Below are positions 53,165 to 62,470 of a stretch of 64,000 bases of DNA, one piece after another. Under the pieces are notes generated by a model that ran no database searches, was not told the DNA's origin, and worked only from the letters and a program-made list of their open reading frames with translations. Source of the DNA: Candidatus Levyibacteriota bacterium (lineage in GTDB: Bacteria; Patescibacteriota; Microgenomatia; Levybacterales; UBA12049); the NCBI GenBank assembly GCA_016182185.1, contig JACOXU010000001.1, positions 15,700 through 79,699 of the forward strand, in the 5' to 3' direction. Each line of letters starts with the position of its first letter. The stretch's first letter is position 1. The translations under genes were made by a program, and so were the position numbers.

Positions 53165-54427
53165 GTGGACAATTCTAAAGATAAAATTATTCTTCATATT
53201 GATTTTGACTCCTTCTTCGCCAGCGTTGAGCAGCAGTATGATCCCAAATTACGTAACAGGCCGATAGGAGTTACAGCCAAAAACGGCAGGACTTGTATTA
53301 TTGCTTCATCACGTGAGGCAAAGCGGCTGGGGATCAAAACAGCAAGTCGTACTTATGATGCTTTGAAAATTTGCCCCACGATTCTTTTTACTCCGGCTGA
53401 TTTTGTAAAGTATTGGGAGACAAGTAAGAAATTTTTGAATATCTGCAAAGATTATTCTCCCTTTGTTGAGATCTTCTCGATCGATGAAGTCTTTATAGAT
53501 GTGACTAAAACGATGCATTTGTTTGACGGAACTTATGGAATTATTCAAAGAATTAAAGAACGCATCGAAAAGGAAATCGGAGAATATATCACTGCTTCTT
53601 TTGGAGTTTCCCATAATAAGCTTTTGGCAAAACTTGCATCAGGCATGAATAAACCAGACGGAATCTTTGAGATTAATGCCGGTAATCTTTCAGAAGTTTA
53701 TAAAAAAGCAAAACTTACGGATGTTTGCAGAATCGGAGAAAGAATTTCTAATAGATTAAATAAACTTGGAATATATAATCTTCTTGATTTAAGAACAGTG
53801 AGCGGGAATATTTTAAGAGAAGAATTCGGTAATATCTATTCTCAAATTCTCAAGAATATTGGAATAGCAAGAGACGATTCAGAGGTGATTCCCTACACAC
53901 AAGCGCCTGCTGTAAAATCAGTGGGCAGAAATTACTGTCTTGCGCAGAATGAATATGATAAGAAAAAAATTTTACAAAATGTTTATGAGCTTTTGGAAGA
54001 GGTATGTATAAAATTAAGAAGGTTAAATAAAAAAGCAAGAATATTAGGGTTTTCTCTTCGGGGAAATATAAATATTCATGGCAGAAAAACTTATAATTTT
54101 TATTTTGACAACATAAAAGAAATTCGGCCTCTTTTTAAAGAGCTTTTGAAAAAAGATATTAAAATTTTTAATCTTTCAGCTTCTTATATAAGACAGATCG
54201 GCGTTTGGGTCTCAGGGCTTGAAGAGAAAGGTAAGGTGCCATTATCTTTGTTCGATGAAACACCAAAAAGAAAGTTTTTAGATAAAACTATTGATAAAAT
54301 TAATGATAAATTCGGAGACCACACTATCAGAAACGGGTTCCTGCTCTATTCAGAAAAACTTACAACTGTCCCCAACGGCTATATGGCAGATAAATACGAA
54401 AGAACAAAATTAGCTAGTACTGGTTAA
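53165..54427 (+). CDS. dinB: DNA polymerase IV (Y-family)
   Basis: ILHIDFDSFFASVEQ matches the DinB/UmuC catalytic motif; the palm/fingers/little-finger arrangement fits the 420-aa length. Confidence 0.85.
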   Translation: MDNSKDKIILHIDFDSFFASVEQQYDPKLRNRPIGVTAKNGRTCIIASSREAKRLGIKTASRTYDALKICPTILFTPADFVKYWETSKKFLNICKDYSPFVEIFSIDEVFIDVTKTMHLFDGTYGIIQRIKERIEKEIGEYITASFGVSHNKLLAKLASGMNKPDGIFEINAGNLSEVYKKAKLTDVCRIGERISNRLNKLGIYNLLDLRTVSGNILREEFGNIYSQILKNIGIARDDSEVIPYTQAPAVKSVGRNYCLAQNEYDKKKILQNVYELLEEVCIKLRRLNKKARILGFSLRGNINIHGRKTYNFYFDNIKEIRPLFKELLKKDIKIFNLSASYIRQIGVWVSGLEEKGKVPLSLFDETPKRKFLDKTIDKINDKFGDHTIRNGFLLYSEKLTTVPNGYMADKYERTKLASTG

Positions 54428-54431
54428 AATT

Positions 54432-55241
54432 TTAGCCTATATTACAGACAAAGTTGAGTTCTTCTTCAAGCTTCTTCTTTTGCTCATTTGAAATTTCTAG
54501 CTGTTCGATCAGGTTTTTGTTTTGGCAAATTGTTTTGCACAGTACTACTCCCTGATCAAGAAACTTTTGTTTTTGGGAAGAATTTATAGATTCAAGAGAT
54601 GTTATTGGATGAAGTTTTGATTTTTCGATCAAGTCCCTTAAGCTCTCTCCCTCAGGATAGCTCCAGCTTACTACCTTCATATCATTGCATTGGGCATAAT
54701 TTAAGGCATCGGATGTAATTTTGGTATTGGTTACAAGCCAGGCGTTTGAAAAGCCGTGTTTTTCCTTCACGTCATCAAATCTTGATTTGGTATATAAAGA
54801 AACGTGGATATTTGACATTATTCCGGGCTTATTATGGAATTTACATTCGATCATCGTCTTGGTAGAGTCTTTGGTTGCGATAATATCGATCTCATGCGAA
54901 ACACATCTGCCGCTTAGAACTTGACGCACTTGTGTATTAAAACCTTCGGTTTTTAAGATTTCTGCGATAAAATCCTCAAAGGGAAATCCAGTGGGCCCCA
55001 AATCCATAATTGATTGCTTAAGGCTATATCTTGAGCGGCTAAAGGGACGTGCGATACTTAAGAATTCTGTAATATGTCTATAAATTTCAGAAGTAGGAAT
55101 ATTATCGTAGATTTTATCTTTAACATGAGTTAAAACTTTATCACGAATATCATCTGGAATTCCTGCTCTTTTTATAGATACTATAACTTTTTTTTCATCA
55201 AACGGAACTTTTTCTCCGCTTGCTTTTATAACATTTATCAT
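54432..55241 (-). CDS. ATP-cone domain fused to an Mrr-like (PD-(D/E)xK) restriction endonuclease domain
   Basis: N-terminus MINVIKASGEKVPFDEKKVIVSIKRAGI... is ATP-cone-like (as in NrdR/NrdA). The C-terminal half has ...EGFNTQV...GRCVSHEIDIIA...MIECKFHNK, matching the Mrr_cat E-x-D...E-C-K pattern. Confidence 0.65.
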   Translation of the reverse strand: MINVIKASGEKVPFDEKKVIVSIKRAGIPDDIRDKVLTHVKDKIYDNIPTSEIYRHITEFLSIARPFSRSRYSLKQSIMDLGPTGFPFEDFIAEILKTEGFNTQVRQVLSGRCVSHEIDIIATKDSTKTMIECKFHNKPGIMSNIHVSLYTKSRFDDVKEKHGFSNAWLVTNTKITSDALNYAQCNDMKVVSWSYPEGESLRDLIEKSKLHPITSLESINSSQKQKFLDQGVVLCKTICQNKNLIEQLEISNEQKKKLEEELNFVCNIG

Positions 55242-55282
55242 GCCAATTTAATCGTACATTTTCAGGATAAAATATACAAGAA

Positions 55283-57634
55283 TTATTCTAATTTTTTAAA
55301 AGCCACAAATTCGTCCTTTTCATATATTAAACGGAAATTTTTATCGTTTTTCAAATCATTCGCCAGTTGAATCTGAAACTTAAGTGAAGGCAGAGCGTAA
55401 CTGTCATTTAGAAGAAAAAATATATAATTCGCCTGCTCAATACCGTTTGGGATAACGAATATTTTTTCTCTGTGTGATAAATGTGCTCCGAGATTATTAG
55501 TCGCTGCGATACTTGAGTCCTCAGGTATGGAGGAGAAAAAACTGATGATTTCATCCTTATTTTTATAAGGCTTGGTAAACATATCCAAGTTTGAATTTTT
55601 TGCTCCGGGAAGCGGTCCGTATAAATAAGCAGCAGAAATAGAAGTGAATAACAAAATTAAAATAACATATGAGTTTTTTAGACTTGGAAGCATTTTTTTT
55701 AAAATAGTTACCCCATAGATTGAGGAAATAAATATAAATGGGATAATGGCTGAGGCATATTGATAGTAAATATCTGACAACTGCTTATTGCTGCTTAACG
55801 TATTGATAAGTAAATCCGGTAAGGCGAAAATAAGCGCTGCTGGCGATAGAATTGCCAGAAAACCCGTCGGCCAAAAAAGCATTTTAAAATATTCGATTTT
55901 TTTGGGTTCTAAAATAATACTTGCCGTTTTAAGAGGCGAAAATATTAAATTTTTAATTATACTGATAGGGCTTTCGCCGAACTCTGAATAATAAGCCAGG
56001 GCAAAGTGATCCCCTCCTCTTGCCTGAGGAATGGCCTGCCAAATTAGATAGTAAAAGAGAAAGCTTGAAATGATAAAGATAACTGTTCCTAGCAATTTCC
56101 TTTTTTTGATCAAAAAAACATATGCGCCGAAAATTGCGGCAATAACCCAAATTTGCTCTTTTGTCGATGCGGCCAGGGCAAGAAATAAAACGAATAATAA
56201 ATATTTTTTTACCTTTAGAAAATAAAAACTTCCCAAAAGAAGCGTGGTTGTAAGTGCTACAGCATGAAAATCATATAAATTAGCATACTGGACAAAGGGA
56301 CTCAATAAATACACAAAGGAAAATACAAGAGAAATATTCTTATTTTTTAAAACTTTAAGAGATAAAAGATAGATAAAATAAGCTCCAAATCCCAGAACAG
56401 CTGACTGAATAAAAAGTAGCATTTTGGGATCTTCCCAGATAAAGTAAAAAGGCGCAAAAAGAATAAGGATAAAATCCGCATGAACTGAGAGTCTTGAAAT
56501 AATATTTGTTCCGTTGGGGTCTGTAAGCTGAAAGATGTTTCCGTTTTTGGTATTCCAGACAGTTTGATCCATGTTGCCTAAATCAAATCGCCCGGTATAA
56601 AAATTATCGTGCCTTAGAAAACTGGCAATAGTAAAATAGGCAATGTATACAGCAATCAAAATTATCAAAAAAGTTTTGTGAGGATTATTTGCTAAAATTT
56701 TTTCTATTTTCAGGAATAGTTTATTTTTCAAATTTTTCCATATTAACGCAGTAATTAAAAAAATCATTTCTGATAAGATTAATATGATTCTTGAATAGAC
56801 CGCTGCAAATCCCGCCGCTTGAAGACTCATTATTTTTGATAAGCCCAAAATTAAAATTCCCTCCCTTACTCCAAGACCCATAGGTGTTATAAAGGATATG
56901 TAACCTGCAAAAAGCGAGAGAACAAAAAAGCCTGTTAACGGGAAAATTATGAGTGTATCTAAGTATGTAATTGAAGAAATTGCAAAAAAAGTACCAAACC
57001 CAAAGAGTATAAGAGACATAATAGAAATAAAGAGTACCTTTAAATTAATAGCGGGTTGATAATCAGGTAGTAAATTTTTAAATACCGACAAAAAAGGCGA
57101 GACAGGCTTATTAATGACTATTTTGTTAAAAATAAAGAATGAAGATATTAAGATTATCGAAATACTTGCTAGCAAGACCAAATTCAAATTATTTTCAAAA
57201 ATAAACGTAAAGGAGAGTAAAGAAACAATAAGACATCCAATTACAAAGAATTCTGCTTCAATCAAAAGAAGTTTCGTGACCGTCTTTTTATCAACTCCTT
57301 TTTCTGAAAAAGCAATTCCTTTACCTAGAAATGACCAAATATTTCCTGGAACAAAACGCTTAAGCTCTGCCATTCCCCACAGAAATACTACTTCTTTAAG
57401 CGGAATATTATGCCCTTTTTCTTCAAGGAGCATCTTCCAGATGAATGAGCGAAGATAATAGAAAACATTAAAGCAAATAATTCCGAGAAATAGTAAAAGG
57501 AGATTTGGGTTTTTGAGATTAACTAAGAGCGTTTGATATTGGGGAAGAAATATTTTTACTATAAAAAATATTGCGACGAGTGAAATTGGCCAACCAATAA
57601 AAAATTTTAAGAGAGAGAAAAATGTATTGCGCAT
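55283..57634 (-). CDS. large polytopic membrane protein (flippase-like UPF0104-type N-terminal region plus a DUF2079-like region)
   Basis: 783 aa with more than 20 predicted TM helices; central RFDLGNMDQTVWNTKNGNIF motif. Confidence 0.6.
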   Translation of the reverse strand: MRNTFFSLLKFFIGWPISLVAIFFIVKIFLPQYQTLLVNLKNPNLLLLFLGIICFNVFYYLRSFIWKMLLEEKGHNIPLKEVVFLWGMAELKRFVPGNIWSFLGKGIAFSEKGVDKKTVTKLLLIEAEFFVIGCLIVSLLSFTFIFENNLNLVLLASISIILISSFFIFNKIVINKPVSPFLSVFKNLLPDYQPAINLKVLFISIMSLILFGFGTFFAISSITYLDTLIIFPLTGFFVLSLFAGYISFITPMGLGVREGILILGLSKIMSLQAAGFAAVYSRIILILSEMIFLITALIWKNLKNKLFLKIEKILANNPHKTFLIILIAVYIAYFTIASFLRHDNFYTGRFDLGNMDQTVWNTKNGNIFQLTDPNGTNIISRLSVHADFILILFAPFYFIWEDPKMLLFIQSAVLGFGAYFIYLLSLKVLKNKNISLVFSFVYLLSPFVQYANLYDFHAVALTTTLLLGSFYFLKVKKYLLFVLFLALAASTKEQIWVIAAIFGAYVFLIKKRKLLGTVIFIISSFLFYYLIWQAIPQARGGDHFALAYYSEFGESPISIIKNLIFSPLKTASIILEPKKIEYFKMLFWPTGFLAILSPAALIFALPDLLINTLSSNKQLSDIYYQYASAIIPFIFISSIYGVTILKKMLPSLKNSYVILILLFTSISAAYLYGPLPGAKNSNLDMFTKPYKNKDEIISFFSSIPEDSSIAATNNLGAHLSHREKIFVIPNGIEQANYIFFLLNDSYALPSLKFQIQLANDLKNDKNFRLIYEKDEFVAFKKLE

Positions 57635-57643
57635 TTTTACTTG

Positions 57644-57716
57644 CGAGCCGCCGGGGAGTCGAACCCCGAACCGATTCCTTAAGAGGGAATTGCTCTGCCG
57701 GTTGAGCTAGCGGCCC
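57644..57716 (-). tRNA. tRNA-Lys (anticodon CTT)
   Basis: Reverse complement GGGCCGCTAGCTCAACCGGCAGAGCAATTCCCTCTTAAGGAATCGGTTCGGGGTTCGACTCCCCGGCGGCTCG. Confidence 0.9.
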
Positions 57717-57770
57717 ATCTTTATTAAATTTTCAATATTTAGTATACTACATTAGGCCAATTATGCAACT

Positions 57771-57843
57771 GCGCCTGTAGCTCAATGGATAGAGCACGCG
57801 GCTTCGGACCGTGGGGTTGGGGGTTCGACTCCCTTCAGGCGCG
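57771..57843 (+). tRNA. tRNA-Arg (anticodon TCG)
   Basis: GCGCCTGTAGCTCAATGGATAGAGCACGCGGCTTCGGACCGTGGGGTTGGGGGTTCGACTCCCTTCAGGCGCG. Confidence 0.9.
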
Positions 57844-57850
57844 CTCACTT

Positions 57851-58060
57851 ATGACTATAAAAGAAGCTCTTCAAAACGATCTTGTAACTAGATACTATGA
57901 TTTAGAGACAGATACGTTTGCGCGAGACAGATTCAGGCTGGTTCTAAATAAAAAAAATAATATACTTATGCCAACTCCGGAGAACTACACTATCGAAGAA
58001 ACAGAAGCCCTAGTTACTCTAAAAGAAAAAGTCAATGCAAAACCCGATTTTTATAAATAG
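57851..58060 (+). CDS. hypothetical small protein (69 aa)
   Basis: The ORF-track entry 57785-58060 overlaps tRNA-Arg. The first Met after the tRNA (MTIKEALQNDL) gives a 69-aa product. Confidence 0.35.
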   Translation: MTIKEALQNDLVTRYYDLETDTFARDRFRLVLNKKNNILMPTPENYTIEETEALVTLKEKVNAKPDFYK

Positions 58061-58614
58061 TGAAAAGAGTTTTTATAATTCATGGATGGGATGGTTATCC
58101 AGAAGAAGGATGGTTTCCATGGTTAAAATCTCAACTTGAAAAAGAATATGATGTCATTATCCCCTCAATGCCTGACACTGAAAATCCTAAAATCGTTCCT
58201 TGGGTGAGAAAGTTGGAAAAGACAGTTGGAGAAATAAGAAAAGATGATATTCTCATAGGCCACAGTATTGGTTGCCAGGCAATTTTAAGATTTTTGGAAA
58301 AAACTGATAACCACCTGAAAGTTGATAAAGTTATTCTGGTTGCGCCATGGCTAAGACTTACTAACTTGGAGGATGAGGAGTCATGGAAAATAGCAAAGCC
58401 TTGGTTAGAAGCACCAATTAATTTATCTAAAGTTAAAATTAAAGCAAAATCATTTACTACTGTTTTCTCAGATAATGACCCGTTTGTACCTTTAAATAAT
58501 AAGAATGATTTTAAAACTAAGCTTGGTGCAAAGATTGTTATTGAGCGCAATAAGGGTCATTTCAACGGCGACGACGGGGTAACTGAGCTACCAGTTATTA
58601 TGAAGCTTGTCTAA
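58060..58614 (+). CDS. YdeN/RBBP9-family serine hydrolase (alpha/beta fold)
   Basis: IIHGWDGYPEEGWFPWL...ILIGHSIGC (GHSxGC nucleophile elbow); about 185 aa, typical of PF06821. Confidence 0.7.
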   Translation: MKRVFIIHGWDGYPEEGWFPWLKSQLEKEYDVIIPSMPDTENPKIVPWVRKLEKTVGEIRKDDILIGHSIGCQAILRFLEKTDNHLKVDKVILVAPWLRLTNLEDEESWKIAKPWLEAPINLSKVKIKAKSFTTVFSDNDPFVPLNNKNDFKTKLGAKIVIERNKGHFNGDDGVTELPVIMKLV

Positions 58615-58662
58615 ATACTTCGTTTCTCTTTAGAAAAATTTGTGATAGAATAAGCAGCATTA

Positions 58663-60153
58663 ATGAAAAAGGAAACCTTAATAAATATTACTGGGGGTGT
58701 GCTTCTAGTTGGTGCAACCGCAATTGGAGCAAGGCAAATTTTAAGGGAACGAGCTCCAAACGATAGTGAGAGTCCAGGAGTAAAACAAACGACTGATCTT
58801 AATCTTGAATCTTCTAACCTCAAAGAAATATTGACCGGTAAATCCCAGGACGAAATTGAAACGCTTAAATCAAATTATTTTGCGATTGCGCAAAACTTCC
58901 AGAATTTATATGGTCAACGAATTTCGGTTGAAGGAGACAGAATTGGATCAATTCTTGATTCTGATGTCGAATCAGAACTTAATAAAGAAGCTAAGAATAA
59001 CGTAGTTCTTGGAGCGCTTATTTCAGAACGCTTTTTTCCAGATAAAGTAAGAGTCAGTGATGATTATAATACTGTTACGTTTGAAGAAAATACGGTTTTG
59101 GATCTTAATAATCCATTAAATTTGAGTATAACAGCAGCATTTATAGAAAATATATTTTTATTTGAGCAGAGCTTGTCAGGACTGAATAACGGAGAGATTG
59201 TTGTATTTTATGCCTTACCAACACCAGAGGAGATAGATCGGGAAAACAGAGATCTTAAGTGGCTAGCGAATGCTGATGTAAACATTGTAATTGAATTAGG
59301 GTCTTTTGCTATATTGCCTAAAGATCATCTAGTTAAAATGTCAAGAATTTTGCAGGAATTAGAGGTAAATAAAATTCCGTTTCCAAAAGAAATAAAATTT
59401 AAAAATCCAAGCCCAGAAGACCCAGGAGGAAGTTACTATAATTCAAAGACTGATAGGCCATTTTCGATTGTAATTTATAATTCTACAGACAGCGATACTG
59501 AGGCACATGAAATAGGACATTTTGTTTCGGATGCCCATAATATGGACCAGGCTAGTGATAATTTAACAGCACATAGTCAAGATGCGTTTACCCAGATGAT
59601 AGACGGAATAAAGGAAAAGTTTAATACGACTGATTCTGTTACCGAGACGGTTGATCTTGTTGAAGAATACGCAAATAAATTTAGAATGTACTTTCAAGAT
59701 GGGGATACATTCAGATACCTAATTCTTAATGCTCAGTCAGATATAGAAAAGGAAGTTCTGCTTCAGGAATACAGATTTTTTAAAGAATTATTTAACAACA
59801 GAGAATTTAGGGCTGATGGTGTTTTGGTAAAAAAATTAGAAGACGTTGAAATTAAAGCAGGAAATATAATTGAAATAACAGATACTGATACAGAAAGACC
59901 AGGAATATTTTTAAGACCTTCCCCTACCCTTGGCATCGATGCATCTTATCCCGTTGCTTGGGATGAAGATGAAGTTAAAATTTTAGAAGGACCTCAGTAC
60001 TTTACCGATACAGATGGTAGGACAGTTGAAATGTGGAGGGTGAGGCTTGGAAATTACTTTTACGATAAATTCTATGAATCAAAAAATGAAAACGGAGGTC
60101 TAATTGATGGCTGGATGTCTAGTGAATGGTTCGGTAGGTTAGTATCCAATTAG
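58663..60153 (+). CDS. secreted putative zinc metallopeptidase (HEIGH motif)
   Basis: N-terminal TM/signal; HExxH zinc site HEIGHFVSDAH; no other family-level match. Confidence 0.5.
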   Translation: MKKETLINITGGVLLVGATAIGARQILRERAPNDSESPGVKQTTDLNLESSNLKEILTGKSQDEIETLKSNYFAIAQNFQNLYGQRISVEGDRIGSILDSDVESELNKEAKNNVVLGALISERFFPDKVRVSDDYNTVTFEENTVLDLNNPLNLSITAAFIENIFLFEQSLSGLNNGEIVVFYALPTPEEIDRENRDLKWLANADVNIVIELGSFAILPKDHLVKMSRILQELEVNKIPFPKEIKFKNPSPEDPGGSYYNSKTDRPFSIVIYNSTDSDTEAHEIGHFVSDAHNMDQASDNLTAHSQDAFTQMIDGIKEKFNTTDSVTETVDLVEEYANKFRMYFQDGDTFRYLILNAQSDIEKEVLLQEYRFFKELFNNREFRADGVLVKKLEDVEIKAGNIIEITDTDTERPGIFLRPSPTLGIDASYPVAWDEDEVKILEGPQYFTDTDGRTVEMWRVRLGNYFYDKFYESKNENGGLIDGWMSSEWFGRLVSN

Positions 60154-60164
60154 TTATCCACCTA

Positions 60165-60824
60165 CTATAAGAATTTGCTTAAATTGAAGGATTTGCGGTG
60201 GATTTTGGAAAGGCCGTATTTTTTCAAAGCTTCTCTGTGCTTTTTTGTCCCATAACCTTTATTTTTTGAAAAACCATATCCCGGATACTTTTTATTTAAT
60301 TTTCTCATTAATTTGTCTCGGTAAACTTTTGCTATTATTGAGGCAGCAGCAATTGAAATTGATTTTTGGTCACCTTTGATTATCGCTTTTTGATTTACGA
60401 GTCCAATCCCGCGAATATAGCGGACATGGAAACCGTCTGCTAAAACAAAAATAGGAGGTTTACCTTTGTTAATTTCCATAATTTGCCATAATATTAATTT
60501 TATAGCTTTTCTTATTGCCATTTGAGTTGCTTTTCCGATTCCAAATTTATTTATTACGGAAAGGTTTATCACAGATGTCGTGTGCAATAGCGACTGTTTG
60601 GTTATTTCTTTTGAGATGACTTCTCGTTTTTTTGAATTTAAAAGTTTTGAATCATTGATTTCTGAAAGCACCCCTGTTTTAAAATACGCACCTTTTTTAA
60701 ATATTACGGCACCTGCGACTACAGGGCCTGCAAAAGCGCCTCTGCCTACTTCATCAACCCCAATTACAAAACTACAATTTTTCTTCCAAAGTTTTTGTTC
60801 TTCTTTAAAAGTCGGCTTTTTCAC
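60165..60824 (-). CDS. rnhB: ribonuclease HII
   Basis: VIGVDEVGRGAFAGPVVAGAVIF matches the RNase HII catalytic motif. Confidence 0.9.
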   Translation of the reverse strand: MKKPTFKEEQKLWKKNCSFVIGVDEVGRGAFAGPVVAGAVIFKKGAYFKTGVLSEINDSKLLNSKKREVISKEITKQSLLHTTSVINLSVINKFGIGKATQMAIRKAIKLILWQIMEINKGKPPIFVLADGFHVRYIRGIGLVNQKAIIKGDQKSISIAAASIIAKVYRDKLMRKLNKKYPGYGFSKNKGYGTKKHREALKKYGLSKIHRKSFNLSKFL

Positions 60825-60888
60825 ATTTTTAAATTATATAGTTAGGTTTGACACAGCCTTATAGATTTGCTAGCATCAGTAGATATTA

Positions 60889-61293
60889 ATGAAATCTATC
60901 CTTAGAAACATTATTTTCTATGCCTCTGCCTTATTTGTTTTAACTCAAATTCTGGAGGGAGTCAAGATATCGGGTGGATTTTTTACTTTTATCTTAGGCG
61001 GTGCAGTTTTGTCCCTTATTTTTTTGATTATCAAGCCGGTTCTGAATCTAATTGCACTTCCTTTAAATATTGCGACTTTGGGCCTTTTTTCATTTTTCAG
61101 TAACGTAATTATGCTTTATATACTAACTGTTCTTGTTCCAGAAATAAAAATTAACGCTTTTGAATTTCAAGGCTATTCTTTCGCAGGCTTCATAATTCCT
61201 AATGTAGCACTTAATTCATTTATGGCATATGTAGCGACAGCGTTTTCTCTTTCTATAATTGTTTCATTTTTAACATGGTTAGTAAAAAAGTAG
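60889..61293 (+). CDS. small polytopic membrane protein (DUF360/holin-4-like, YvlD-type)
   Basis: 134 aa with about 4 TM helices; overlaps the yvcK start. Confidence 0.5.
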   Translation: MKSILRNIIFYASALFVLTQILEGVKISGGFFTFILGGAVLSLIFLIIKPVLNLIALPLNIATLGLFSFFSNVIMLYILTVLVPEIKINAFEFQGYSFAGFIIPNVALNSFMAYVATAFSLSIIVSFLTWLVKK

Positions 61294-62228
61294 TTTGTCT
61301 AGGCGGCGGAATTGGAACCGCCAATCTTTTGGCAGGGATTAAGAATAAATTCACTGATGTTACTGCTATAGTCTCTATGGCAGATGATGGTGGCTCTGCC
61401 GGAAGGCTAAGACGCTATTATAAGACCTTTCCGCCGGGAGACGTAATAAACTGCATGATTGCCCTATCTCAAAAAAATGAGCTAATGAAAGATCTTCTCA
61501 GATTCAGGTTTTCGGGTAACCGCTACGGACCAGACAATATTCTTCCGGGACAAAAACTAGGAAACCTAATTTTGGTCGCTTTAACGACTATTAAGGGAGA
61601 CTTCAGTAAGGGGTTGTTTGAAATGCAAAAAATTTTTAATACAAAAGGCAGAATTTTTCCATCAACTGCAGTGCCTATCTCTATTTGGGCGAAAACTTCA
61701 ACTGGCCATATCGTAACGCGGGAGGAAAATATTGATAGAGGAATATTTAAAGGGCAAATAAAGAAACTATTTATAAAACCTAAAAATCCGCCGGTTTTAG
61801 GTGCAGTTTTGGAGGAGCTAAAAAAGGCAGATGTTATAATTGCCGGTCCGGGTGATTTGTACACAACAATTCTTCCTGTAATTATGGTTCCTCAAATTCG
61901 TAATGAAATCGAAAAATCTAAAGCTCAAAAAATATTTGTAGTAAATGTTGCCAATAAGAGATACGAAACGCCTAAATATTTTTTAAGTGATTTTGCAAAT
62001 GCAATCGAAAAACATTGTCATAATATAATGTTTGATATGTTTATTTTGAATAATAATTTTTCTTTTGAAATTCCCCAAAAACATCAAAAAGATTATAAAT
62101 ATGTCCCTATAGACGAACAATTAGGGAACAATCCATATAAAGTTACCTACGGGGATTTAGTGAACAGAGATTTTCCTTTGTATCATGATTCCTTAAAACT
62201 TGCAAACACCATTGTTTCCAATATATAA
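61275..62228 (+). CDS. yvcK: YvcK/UPF0052 (CofD-like) gluconeogenesis-factor family protein
   Basis: VVCLGGGIGTANLL...IVSMADDGGSAGRLRR matches the UPF0052 signature. Confidence 0.8.
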   Translation: MVSKKVVCLGGGIGTANLLAGIKNKFTDVTAIVSMADDGGSAGRLRRYYKTFPPGDVINCMIALSQKNELMKDLLRFRFSGNRYGPDNILPGQKLGNLILVALTTIKGDFSKGLFEMQKIFNTKGRIFPSTAVPISIWAKTSTGHIVTREENIDRGIFKGQIKKLFIKPKNPPVLGAVLEELKKADVIIAGPGDLYTTILPVIMVPQIRNEIEKSKAQKIFVVNVANKRYETPKYFLSDFANAIEKHCHNIMFDMFILNNNFSFEIPQKHQKDYKYVPIDEQLGNNPYKVTYGDLVNRDFPLYHDSLKLANTIVSNI

Positions 62229-62244
62229 TAAATGAACTTAAACT

Positions 62245-62457
62245 ATGATGATTGCGACAGTTATACAAATAATTATTGCTGTACTTCTGATAGGTTCAAT
62301 ACTGCTTCAAATGCAGGGCAGCGGACTCTCAAAGACATTTGGAGGAGGCGGAGAGTTTTATAGAAGCAAACAAAGCATGGAGAAATTTTTAGTTTGGATA
62401 ACAGTTTTTCTTGCCATACTTTTCGGATTGTCTTCTCTTATTTTTGCTCCTCGTTAA
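62245..62457 (+). CDS. secG: preprotein translocase subunit SecG
   Basis: 70 aa with two TM helices; LLQMQGSGLSKTFGGGGEF matches SecG. Confidence 0.7.
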   Translation: MMIATVIQIIIAVLLIGSILLQMQGSGLSKTFGGGGEFYRSKQSMEKFLVWITVFLAILFGLSSLIFAPR

Positions 62458-62470
62458 TTTCAAATAATTT

